Source: Candidatus Aminicenantes bacterium | GTDB taxonomy: Bacteria > Acidobacteriota > Aminicenantia > Aminicenantales > JAFGBC01 | Reading direction: 5' to 3' | Assembly: GCA_963702005.1 (NCBI GenBank) | Contig: OY969696.1 | Location: forward strand, 800,001 to 864,000 | Length of the DNA stretch: 64,000 bases | Part shown: positions 29,599-38,146 of the stretch, one piece after another | Layout of the letters: every line of letters begins with the position of its first letter | How positions within the stretch are numbered: the first letter of the stretch is position 1 | The notes under the pieces: generated by a model | Told to the model about the DNA's origin: nothing | Seen by the model: the letters and a program-made list of their open reading frames with translations, nothing else | Databases searched by the model: none | Made by a program: the position numbers and the translations under genes

Positions 29599-30144
29599 AT
29601 GACCGCTTCATCCGGAAGATCGCTCGGAATCGTCCTTTTGGTCCTCGTCGTCCTTCTGCTGGCCGTCCGTATGACGCCGCTCTTCCTGGTGCCGCTGGGG
29701 ATCTTCCCCGGCATCGCCCGGATCATCCGGCACACGGCCCCCGACCTTTCGGACACCCACCTCTTCCCCCACTGGTTCGCGACCTGGCCGCTGATATCGA
29801 TCCTGTCCTTGGCCATGCTCGTGCTCTGGATCTGCGTCATCATCTGGGTTTACCGCGACGCCGAGCGCCGCAACATGAACGGCGTCCTTTGGGCGCTTCT
29901 CGTCTTTTTCGGCAACCTGATCGGACTGCTGATCTATCTCATCGTGCGCTCGGACAATCGTCCGGCGGTCCAGGTCCAGCCCAAGGACGCGGGCGCGCCC
30001 TGCCCCTCCTGCCAGAAGCCCGTGGCCGGGGGGTATGCTTATTGTCCGCACTGCGGCGCGGCCCTGCGGACCGTCTGTCCGAGCTGCGCGAAGCCCGTCG
30101 AGAAGGACTGGAAGGCCTGCCCCTACTGCGGGAAGAAACTGTGA
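29599..30144 (+). CDS. Membrane protein with C-terminal double zinc ribbon
   Basis: TM helices with WVYRDA..R.M...LW...GLLIYL.VR, then four CxxC pairs; AGGAGG RBS. Confidence 0.8.
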   Translation: MTASSGRSLGIVLLVLVVLLLAVRMTPLFLVPLGIFPGIARIIRHTAPDLSDTHLFPHWFATWPLISILSLAMLVLWICVIIWVYRDAERRNMNGVLWALLVFFGNLIGLLIYLIVRSDNRPAVQVQPKDAGAPCPSCQKPVAGGYAYCPHCGAALRTVCPSCAKPVEKDWKACPYCGKKL

Positions 30145-30163
30145 ATTCTGCTACAATACAGGG

Positions 30164-32707
30164 ATGCTCGATGAGATCCTGATCAAGAAGGCCGCCCAGC
30201 ACAACCTCAAGCGGATCGACGTCGCCCTGCCCCGGAACCGCTTCATCGTCGTGACCGGCCCGAGCGGCTCCGGGAAATCGAGCCTGGCCTTCGACACCCT
30301 GTTCGCCGAGGGCCAGCGCCGCTACATCGAATGCCTGTCGGCCTACGCCCGCCAGTACATCGAGCAGGTCGAGAAACCCGACGTCGAGTCCATCCAGGGC
30401 CTGTCGCCGGCCATCTCGATCGATCAGAAGACGATCTCGTCCAATCCCCGCTCGACGGTCGGGACCGTGACCGAGATCTACGACCTGTTCCGCCTTCTCT
30501 TCGCCCGGGCCGGGACGCCCCACTGTCCCAGCTGCGGACGCGAGGTCAGCTCCCGGACGGCCGAGGACATCATCGGCCGCGTCGGCGAGATGGGCCCGGG
30601 CCGCAAGGTCCGGATCCTGGCGCCGGCCGTCCGGGGACGGAAGGGCGAGTACCAGAAGCTCTTCGACAAGTGGCGCAAGAAAGGATACCTCCGCGTCCGG
30701 GTCGACGGCAGGCTCCGGGAGCTCGGCGAGCCCATCCCCCTCCAGAAGACCAAGGCCCACACGATCGAGGTCCTGGTCGACGAGGTCAAGCTCGGCCCCG
30801 GCTCGGAGCGGCGGCTCCGCGAGGCGGTCCTCAAGGCCCTCGAGCTTTCCGGCGAAGACGTCGTCGTCATCGTCGAGAAGGGGAGCGCCATCGACGATGA
30901 CGACGGCGGGCGGGAGTCCTATTTCTCGCTCCGGCTCCTCTGCCCCGACTGCGAGGTCAGCCTTCCCGAGCTCGAGCCGCGCAACTTCTCGTTCAACACG
31001 CCCTACGGAGCCTGTCCACGCTGCCACGGGATCGGTTTCATGACGACCGTCGACGAGTGGGGCGATCTCGAGGTGACCGACGAAGCCTGTCCCGCCTGCG
31101 GCGGGCGCCGGCTCCGTCCCGAAAGCCTGGCCGTCAGGATCGGCGGGAGCAATATCCACGATCTCAGCGACCTCCCCGCCAGCCGCCTCCTCGAGCGCCT
31201 GTCGGCATTGACGTTCGAGCCGGCCCGGGAACGGGTCGCCTCGCCCATCCTGCGCGAGATCCGAACGCGCCTCGAGGTCATGGGCCAGCTCGGCATGCCC
31301 TACCTCCAGCTCAGCCGGACGTCGGGGTCGCTCTCCGGCGGCGAGGCCCAGCGGGTCCGGCTGGCCGCCCAGGTCGGCGCCCGGCTGCGCGGGATCCTCT
31401 ACGTCCTGGACGAGCCGACGATCGGCCTCCACCAGCGGGACAACGGCCGGCTCATCCGGCTCCTCAAGGAGATCCGCGATGACGGCAACACCCTGGTTGT
31501 CGTCGAACACGACGAGCAGACGATCCGGGCCGCCGATCACCTCCTCGACCTGGGGCCGGGCGCGGGCGAGCTCGGCGGCCGGGTCATGGCCCAAGGATCT
31601 CTGGCCGACGTCCTGGCCGTCTCCGAGTCCTTGACCGCCCAATACCTGCGGGCCGAAAAGTCCATCCCCGTCCCCGAGCGGAGGCGGGAGCCCAAGGGCT
31701 GGCTCGTCGTCCGCAACGCTCGCGAGCACAACCTCAAGGGGATCGATGTCCGGATCCCTCTCTCGGGACTAACGGTGATCACGGGCGTCTCGGGCTCGGG
31801 CAAAAGCACGCTCGTTTACGACATTCTCTACAAGCGGCTGCTCAACCACTTCTTCCGGGCCAAACAGACGCCGGGCGCCCACGACCGGATCGAGAACATC
31901 GACCTCATCGACAAAGTCGTCTCGGTCGACCAGAAGCCGATCGGACGGACCCCGCGTTCGAATCCCGCGACCTACACGGGCCTTTTCACGCCCCTCCGGG
32001 AGCTCATGGCCCGGACCCCGGACGCCCGCAGCCGAGGTTACCGGCCGGGCCGCTTCAGCTTCAACGTCAAGGGCGGCCGCTGCGACGATTGCGAGGGGGC
32101 CGGCGTTAAAAGGATCGAGATGCATTTCCTGCCCGATGTTTTCGTGACCTGCGACCGCTGCGAGGGCCGCCGCTACAACAAGGAAACGCTGGCCGTCCGC
32201 TACAAAGGCCGGACGATCGCCGATTTCCTCGACCTGACCGTCGACGAGGCCTACGAGGACCTCAAGGCCCATCCCGTCCTCAAGCGGAAGCTGACGGCTC
32301 TGCGCCGGGTCGGCCTCGGCTACATCCGGCTCGGCCAGCCGGCGCCGACGCTGTCGGGCGGCGAAGCCCAGCGGATCAAGTTGACCAAGGAGCTCGGCCG
32401 CCGCGCCACCGGGCGGACCCTCTACCTTCTCGACGAGCCGACGACCGGGCTTCATTTCGAGGACGTCCGCAAGCTCCTCGAGCTTCTCTCCGAGCTCGTC
32501 GAGTTGGGGAATACGGTCGTCACGATCGAGCACAACCTTGAAGTCATCAAGTATTCCGACTATATTATTGACCTGGGACCCGAGGGGGGCGAGGAGGGGG
32601 GCTGGATCGTGGCCGAGGGGACGCCCGAGGGCGTGGCGAACGTCGCGGCGTCCCACACGGGACGCTTCCTTAAGAAAACGCTGGCTTCGGGCCGCCCCAA
32701 GCCCTGA
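30164..32707 (+). CDS. uvrA: Excinuclease ABC subunit A (short form, no insertion domain)
   Basis: GPSGSGKSSLAF, EGQRRY, two LSGGEAQR signatures, GVSGSGKST, zinc fingers. ATG at 30164 lies 6 nt after TGnTACAAT. Confidence 0.95.
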   Translation: MLDEILIKKAAQHNLKRIDVALPRNRFIVVTGPSGSGKSSLAFDTLFAEGQRRYIECLSAYARQYIEQVEKPDVESIQGLSPAISIDQKTISSNPRSTVGTVTEIYDLFRLLFARAGTPHCPSCGREVSSRTAEDIIGRVGEMGPGRKVRILAPAVRGRKGEYQKLFDKWRKKGYLRVRVDGRLRELGEPIPLQKTKAHTIEVLVDEVKLGPGSERRLREAVLKALELSGEDVVVIVEKGSAIDDDDGGRESYFSLRLLCPDCEVSLPELEPRNFSFNTPYGACPRCHGIGFMTTVDEWGDLEVTDEACPACGGRRLRPESLAVRIGGSNIHDLSDLPASRLLERLSALTFEPARERVASPILREIRTRLEVMGQLGMPYLQLSRTSGSLSGGEAQRVRLAAQVGARLRGILYVLDEPTIGLHQRDNGRLIRLLKEIRDDGNTLVVVEHDEQTIRAADHLLDLGPGAGELGGRVMAQGSLADVLAVSESLTAQYLRAEKSIPVPERRREPKGWLVVRNAREHNLKGIDVRIPLSGLTVITGVSGSGKSTLVYDILYKRLLNHFFRAKQTPGAHDRIENIDLIDKVVSVDQKPIGRTPRSNPATYTGLFTPLRELMARTPDARSRGYRPGRFSFNVKGGRCDDCEGAGVKRIEMHFLPDVFVTCDRCEGRRYNKETLAVRYKGRTIADFLDLTVDEAYEDLKAHPVLKRKLTALRRVGLGYIRLGQPAPTLSGGEAQRIKLTKELGRRATGRTLYLLDEPTTGLHFEDVRKLLELLSELVELGNTVVTIEHNLEVIKYSDYIIDLGPEGGEEGGWIVAEGTPEGVANVAASHTGRFLKKTLASGRPKP

Positions 32708-32722
32708 GGAGAGGACGACAAG

Positions 32723-33781
32723 ATGCCGTTTGCGGATATTCCGGGGAACCGGAGAGTCAAGGACTTGATCCGGATGGCCTTGGCCAAGAACCGGCTTCCC
32801 AACTCCCTTCTTTTCTGCGGACCCCAAGGCGTCGGGAAGCGGACGGCGGCCGTGACGCTGGCTCAGGCCCTCAACTGTCTCCGGATGGGCGATGACGCCT
32901 GCGGCGAGTGCGACCCCTGCAAGGCCATAATGTACGGCCATGACATTCCTGGAAAGGCGGGGATCTATCCGGATGTCATGGAGATAGACCTCAATGAGAG
33001 CAAGAGCAAACTCGGGATCGATCAGATCCGAGAGCTCAAGCACATCGCCTATCTCAGGCCGATGGCCGAGAAGAAGAAAAGGGTTTTTATCGTCGATGAC
33101 GCGGACCTCATGAGCGAGCCGGCCGCCAACTCGATCCTCAAGGTCCTCGAGGAGCCGCCCCTCTTCAGCCATATCATCCTGGTCACTTCCCATCCCGAGA
33201 TTCTTCTTCCGACCATCGTCTCGCGCTGCCGGGTCTTGAATTTTCTCCCCGTTTCGATCGACGAGATCGAGCGGGCGCTCCTCGACAAGGGACTGCCTCC
33301 GGAGCGGTCCCGAACCCTCGCCCTGCTGGCCCGGGGGAATCTCGAAATGGCCTTGACTCTGGATTGGGACGAAGTCCTGGCCGGGCGCGAGCTGGCCTGG
33401 CGGGAGTTCCTGTCGCTCGTGGCGGACCGGGAGGCATCGTCTCTCCTCCGGCTTTGGGCCTTCGGGCCGCGCAAGGCCATCGAGGACGACCTCGTCCGGA
33501 CCATGGAGTTTTTCGCCTCTTTCTTTCGGGACGCCCTCTACCTTGCGGAGGGAGGGCAACCCGAAGGGCTTCTGAACCCGGACGTCCCGGAGCGGGTCGC
33601 GGAGGCGGCCCGTTTCTTGAGCGTGCCCGAGGCCCTCCACGGCTTGGCCCTCGTCGATGCCGTCCTCCAGGCATTGGACAAGAACATGAACGTCAGCCTG
33701 GTCATGACCGATTTTGTCAGCCGCTATACTGGAAGGAACCATGTCAGAGATCATCTGTCTGCTGTCGCAGCGCACCGGTAA
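32723..33781 (+). CDS. holB: DNA polymerase III delta' subunit
   Basis: GPQGVGK, CGECDPC, AANSILKVLEEPP, LPTIVSRC. Confidence 0.9.
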   Translation: MPFADIPGNRRVKDLIRMALAKNRLPNSLLFCGPQGVGKRTAAVTLAQALNCLRMGDDACGECDPCKAIMYGHDIPGKAGIYPDVMEIDLNESKSKLGIDQIRELKHIAYLRPMAEKKKRVFIVDDADLMSEPAANSILKVLEEPPLFSHIILVTSHPEILLPTIVSRCRVLNFLPVSIDEIERALLDKGLPPERSRTLALLARGNLEMALTLDWDEVLAGRELAWREFLSLVADREASSLLRLWAFGPRKAIEDDLVRTMEFFASFFRDALYLAEGGQPEGLLNPDVPERVAEAARFLSVPEALHGLALVDAVLQALDKNMNVSLVMTDFVSRYTGRNHVRDHLSAVAAHR

Positions 33782-34421
33782 AATGGTGCGCGCCAAGAAG
33801 GGCGAGGAAGACGCCCAGATGGGAGACGTCTGCCTCATCGAGTCCGACTGGGGCGGGGACTTGGCCGTCGTCACGGCCGTGACCGGCATCCTCTGCGAGC
33901 GAGCCCAGTCCGTCAAGGACGCCGTCCGGATCGTCCGCAAAGCGACCGAAGAGGACCTGCGGAAATTCGACTGGCTGTCCGACAAGGAGGCGCGGGCCTA
34001 CGCCTTCTGCCTGGAGCGGATCAAGTCCCGCGGCCTGCCCATGAAGCTCGTCTCCGTCCGCTATTTCTTCAACGAGAAAAAAGGGATTTTCTACTATACG
34101 GCCGACGGCCGGATCGATTTCCGCCAGCTCGTCAAGGACCTGGCCAAGGAGCTGCGGATGAGGATCGAGATGCGCCAGGTTGGCGTCCGCGACGAGGCCA
34201 AGATGGTCGGCGGGCTGGGCGTCTGCGGAAGGGGCCTGTGCTGCTTCAGCTTCATGAAGGCCTTCGAGCCGGTCACGATCCAGAAGGCCCGCAAGCAGCA
34301 GATCGTCATCAACCCGACCAAGATCTCGGGGTTGTGCGGTCGTCTGATGTGCTGCCTGGGGTTTGAAGAGGGAAGCCGGGGCCGATTATATTCCGAGGAA
34401 GATAAGGTCACGGAGGATTAA
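33741..34421 (+). CDS. ricT: PSP1-domain protein RicT/YaaT
   Basis: FYYTADGRIDFRQLVKDLA, RIEMRQVGVRDEAK, CGRGLCC, KISGLCGRLMCCL; follows holB. Confidence 0.9.
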   Translation: MSEIICLLSQRTGKMVRAKKGEEDAQMGDVCLIESDWGGDLAVVTAVTGILCERAQSVKDAVRIVRKATEEDLRKFDWLSDKEARAYAFCLERIKSRGLPMKLVSVRYFFNEKKGIFYYTADGRIDFRQLVKDLAKELRMRIEMRQVGVRDEAKMVGGLGVCGRGLCCFSFMKAFEPVTIQKARKQQIVINPTKISGLCGRLMCCLGFEEGSRGRLYSEEDKVTED

Positions 34422-34500
34422 ATCCTCCGCGATCGAGCCTTTGTCCTCGGCTTCTGCGGGCTCGGCCCCGGCTTAACCTTGAGAAAGGAGGGGTAGCGAG

Positions 34501-35129
34501 CTAACGGGCCGGTTTGACCCTGAACCGGATCCGATCCGATACGGCCGTCAAACCTCCCTGAGCTGAGAAAGCCTTGACCTGCCAGGAGTACTCTTCCCCG
34601 TCCGCGAGCCGCCGCCGGATGTCTTCCGGCAGCGCGATCGAATTCGTCCGGGTCACCTCCGTCCAGACAACGTCGGACTGGAACAGATAAACCCGGAACT
34701 CGAGGTCCGTCCCGGCCGGCCGCCATTCGAGCGAGGCCGGCGGCTCGGCGAGATCGCCCCGGGGCGAAACGAGCATGATCGTCCCTCCCCGGACTGTTCC
34801 GTCGCCCGTCAGGACGAATTCCGGGGCCGTCCCCTGGAATCGCGGCAGCAGAATCAGAGCGACCGCCATAAGAACGAGGCCGATCGCCGCCGCAGCCAAG
34901 GTCCGGGTGAGAATGCCCAGAGAACTCGCCGAGGCCGTTCCGCTTTGCCGGCTGAAACGAGCGCCGGGCCTCGGGCCTTGACCATCCGGATCAGGATGTC
35001 ACGCTCCCGGAGCTTCTGGAAACAGCTCGCGCAGTTGAAGTAGTGCTCCTCGAATTCCTCTCTTTCGGTCCCTCCCATCCGGTTTAAGAGGTAACCGTCG
35101 ATTTTGTCCTCGAACCGACACTTACTCAT
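34501..35129 (-). CDS. Zinc-finger anti-sigma factor with TM and extracytoplasmic domain, one-base frameshift
   Basis: N-part has FEEHYFNCASC (HxxxCxxC); the TM and periplasmic domain lie in another frame (ORF 34501-34899); total span is 629 nt, one base short of a multiple of three. Confidence 0.7.
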
Positions 35130-35682
35130 CGCCAGTCCCTTTCGATACTTTAGTCGCCCGGGAGCCCGAAAAATGGAAAAAATCGTCCTGGAGAAGCTTG
35201 CGGAGGAGTTTGTGGGCGTAGTTGACCCGCTCGCTGACGCGGCGCGGAGTCAGCCCCAGCCGGCGGGCGACCTCTTCGCGGGGCAGCTCCTGGAAATAGT
35301 AGAGATAGAGGACCTCCTTGAACCGGGGCTTGAGCTTGTCGATGGCCCGGGCGAGCAATTCCGCGCTTTCGCCCCGCTCGGCGAGCTCCTCGGGATCGGG
35401 GAGGGGGGCCGGCTCGGGGGCGTGGCGGAGAGGCTTCGTCTTGAGCCGGATGAAGTCGACGATCCGGCGCGAGGCGATCGTATAGATAAAGGTTCCGATT
35501 GAAGACCGGCCCTCGAACTCGCCGCTCCGGACCTTGGCGATGACGTCGGCCATGATCTCGTTGACGACGTCCTCCCAGTCCGGGTTGGCCGGACCGAGCG
35601 CCCGCTTGACCCGGAAGCCGACGATGGGCCGGTAACGGGCGACGATCGCGTCCAGGTCGAGCTCTTCGTCCTTTTGCTTCAT
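35122..35682 (-). CDS. ECF RNA polymerase sigma factor
   Basis: F.GRSS..TFIY.IA, region 4 EEVA..LG; upstream of the anti-sigma and downstream of ftsK. Confidence 0.85.
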   Translation of the reverse strand: MKQKDEELDLDAIVARYRPIVGFRVKRALGPANPDWEDVVNEIMADVIAKVRSGEFEGRSSIGTFIYTIASRRIVDFIRLKTKPLRHAPEPAPLPDPEELAERGESAELLARAIDKLKPRFKEVLYLYYFQELPREEVARRLGLTPRRVSERVNYAHKLLRKLLQDDFFHFSGSRATKVSKGTGDE

Positions 35683-35688
35683 TCCGGC

Positions 35689-38025
35689 TTATTTCTCCCG
35701 CTCTTTTCTCTTGAGGTACTCGGCGGGGTCGACCAGGATCTCCCGGGGTTTGCTGCCCTCGGACTGGCCGAGGATGCCCTCCTGCTCCATCTGGTCGATG
35801 ACCCGGGCGGCCCGGGCGTAACCGAACTTCATCTTCCGCTGGAGGTAGGAGGCCGAAGCCTGGCCGGTCAGGAGGACCAGCTCGACCGCCTTTTCGTAGA
35901 GCTCGTCCCGCTCGCCCGAGTCCTCCCAGAAGTCCTCGGCGCTGCCCTTGATGACCCGGACGATCTTCTCGTCGTAAACGGGCGCCCGCTGGCCCTTGGC
36001 GAACTTGACGATCCGGCTGATCTCGGGCGACGAGATGAAGGCCGAGTGGAGGCGGAGCAGGCGCGGGTAGTTGGGCGGCATGAACAGCATGTCGCCCAGT
36101 CCGAGCAGCTTCTCGGCGCCGGAGGTGTCGAGGATGATCCGGGAGTCGATCTTGGAGGGAACCCGGAATGCGATCCGGCTTGAGAAGTTGTTCTTGATCG
36201 TTCCGGTGATGACGTCGATCGATGGCCGCTGGGTCGCCATGACCAGATGGATGCCGACGGCCCGGGCCAGCTGGGCCAGCCGGGCGATGCAAAACTCGAC
36301 CTCCTGGGAGCCGATCATCATCAGCTCGGCCAGCTCGTCGATAATGATGACGAGGTAGGGAAGAGGCTTGAGCTTCTCCTTTTCCTCGTCCGTGAGCTTC
36401 CCCCGCTTCTCGGCGATCATCTGGCGGACCATCTGGTTGTACTGTTCGATGTTCCGAACCTTGAAGGAGAGGAGCATTTGGTAGCGCTCCTCCATCCGCT
36501 TTATGGCGTCCATCAGGATGATGCCGGCCTTCTTGGGGTCGTTGATGACCGGGCTGATCAGGTGGGGGATCCCGTCGTAGAGCGTGAACTCGATCCGCTT
36601 GGGGTCGATCAGGATGAGCTTGACTTCGTCCGGGGTCGCCTTATAGAGGATCGAGGCGATCAGGGCGTTGAGGGCGACGCTCTTTCCCGTCCCGGTCGCG
36701 CCCGCGATCAGGAGGTGGGGCATGACGCCCAGGTCGGTGATGTAGGTCTCGCCGTGGACGGTCTTGCCCAAGGCGATCGTCAGCTTGGAGGGCGAGTTCC
36801 GGAATTTCTCCGACTGAAGGATGTCGCGAATGCGGATGGTCTCCCGCTTGTTATTGGGAATTTCGACACCCAGCGAGGACTTGCCGGGAATGCGCTGGAT
36901 GCGGACGGACTCGGCCCCCAGGGCCAGCGAAAGATCCTCGGTCAGGTTGGCGACCTGACTGACCTTGATGCCGGGGAACGGGTAGAATTCGTAGGTCGTA
37001 ATGACCGGGCCCGGATGATACTCGCGGACCTCGCCCTCGACCCGGAACTCCTTGAGCTTCTCCTCGATCCGTGTCTTCTTGTCGTAGAGCTCATCCTTGT
37101 CGACCTGCTCGGCCGGCGCGCTTTGGTCGAGGAGGTTGAGGGGGGGGAAGGTATAGTCGCCCTTTTTCCCCATTTCCGGGAAGAGATAAAGCTCGGGCCG
37201 GGCCGGGGCCGATCCCGGGAGCGGCGCGGTCAGCCTCCCCTCGCGCTTCGGCTCCCGGGCTTTCCTTTCCCTTTCCTCGCGGAGGGGGGGCGGCTTCTCC
37301 TTCCCCGCCTCGGGTTTGATGTCCTCTTCCGCCTTTTCGGCGGGGGCCGCGTATTTCTCGATGACCTTCTTCTTCATCTTTTCCCGCTCCTTGGAGCGCT
37401 GGTAGCGGGAGACCTTGATCCGGACCTCTTTGACGGCGAAATGGAAGAGGCCCGAAGCCATATGCAGCAGCTGCCGCAGGGAAAGCTTGGTCGTGAAGAT
37501 GGCCAGGAGCAGAAGAAGGACGGCCAAGGCGAGTATGGCCCCGGCCCTGTTCAGGTAGCGGACGAGAAAGGAAGATAGAGACGCGCCGAGGAGCCCTCCC
37601 GAAGAGATGTCGACGCCCCGCCAACCCAGGCGCCCGAAGACCAGGGACAGGAAGGGGGCGAGGAGGACGATGAGCCAGGCAAAAAAGCCGGCCCTGACGA
37701 AAAGCCGCTTGTCGCCGTGGCTCAGGATGGCCCGCACGCCGAGGGCGCCGAGCATGAACGGGACGAGGAAGGCGGCGAGTCCGAGCGCTTGGAGGAGGGC
37801 GTCGGCCAGCGAGGCGCCGACCTTCCCCCCGACGTTGCGGGTCGCGGCCTCCGAGGCCGAGAACCAAGAAGGGTCGGAGGCGTTATAGGAGATGAGGCTG
37901 ATCAGGGAGAACAAGGCCAGGGCGACGAGGACGATGCCCGCGATCTCGGCCGCCGGGCCCGGGCCGCGACGGCTTCCGCCGGACTTGGCCGTGGACGGCC
38001 GGGCCCGTTTCTTGGTCTTTGCCAT
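35689..38025 (-). CDS. ftsK: DNA translocase FtsK
   Basis: N-terminal 4TM domain, PHLLIAGATGTGKS, DELAELM, TQRPS, gamma domain LQRK.K.GY.RAAR. Confidence 0.96.
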   Translation of the reverse strand: MAKTKKRARPSTAKSGGSRRGPGPAAEIAGIVLVALALFSLISLISYNASDPSWFSASEAATRNVGGKVGASLADALLQALGLAAFLVPFMLGALGVRAILSHGDKRLFVRAGFFAWLIVLLAPFLSLVFGRLGWRGVDISSGGLLGASLSSFLVRYLNRAGAILALAVLLLLLAIFTTKLSLRQLLHMASGLFHFAVKEVRIKVSRYQRSKEREKMKKKVIEKYAAPAEKAEEDIKPEAGKEKPPPLREERERKAREPKREGRLTAPLPGSAPARPELYLFPEMGKKGDYTFPPLNLLDQSAPAEQVDKDELYDKKTRIEEKLKEFRVEGEVREYHPGPVITTYEFYPFPGIKVSQVANLTEDLSLALGAESVRIQRIPGKSSLGVEIPNNKRETIRIRDILQSEKFRNSPSKLTIALGKTVHGETYITDLGVMPHLLIAGATGTGKSVALNALIASILYKATPDEVKLILIDPKRIEFTLYDGIPHLISPVINDPKKAGIILMDAIKRMEERYQMLLSFKVRNIEQYNQMVRQMIAEKRGKLTDEEKEKLKPLPYLVIIIDELAELMMIGSQEVEFCIARLAQLARAVGIHLVMATQRPSIDVITGTIKNNFSSRIAFRVPSKIDSRIILDTSGAEKLLGLGDMLFMPPNYPRLLRLHSAFISSPEISRIVKFAKGQRAPVYDEKIVRVIKGSAEDFWEDSGERDELYEKAVELVLLTGQASASYLQRKMKFGYARAARVIDQMEQEGILGQSEGSKPREILVDPAEYLKRKEREK

Positions 38026-38088
38026 TAAAATGAATTATATCCGATTTTAAGGCTCTTGCGAAGACCGCCTCCCGGAGGGAGGGGCGCT

Positions 38089-38116
38089 TTGACTTTTTCC
38101 TCTCATCCTGTATAAT
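38089..38116 (+). promoter_or_regulatory. sigma70 promoter of surface-protein paralogue 1
   Basis: TTGACT-16 nt-TATAAT; a divergent TATAAT for ftsK is at 38034-38039. Confidence 0.6.
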
Positions 38117-38146
38117 CAATTCCATGAAATCGGAGAAAATTGCCAA

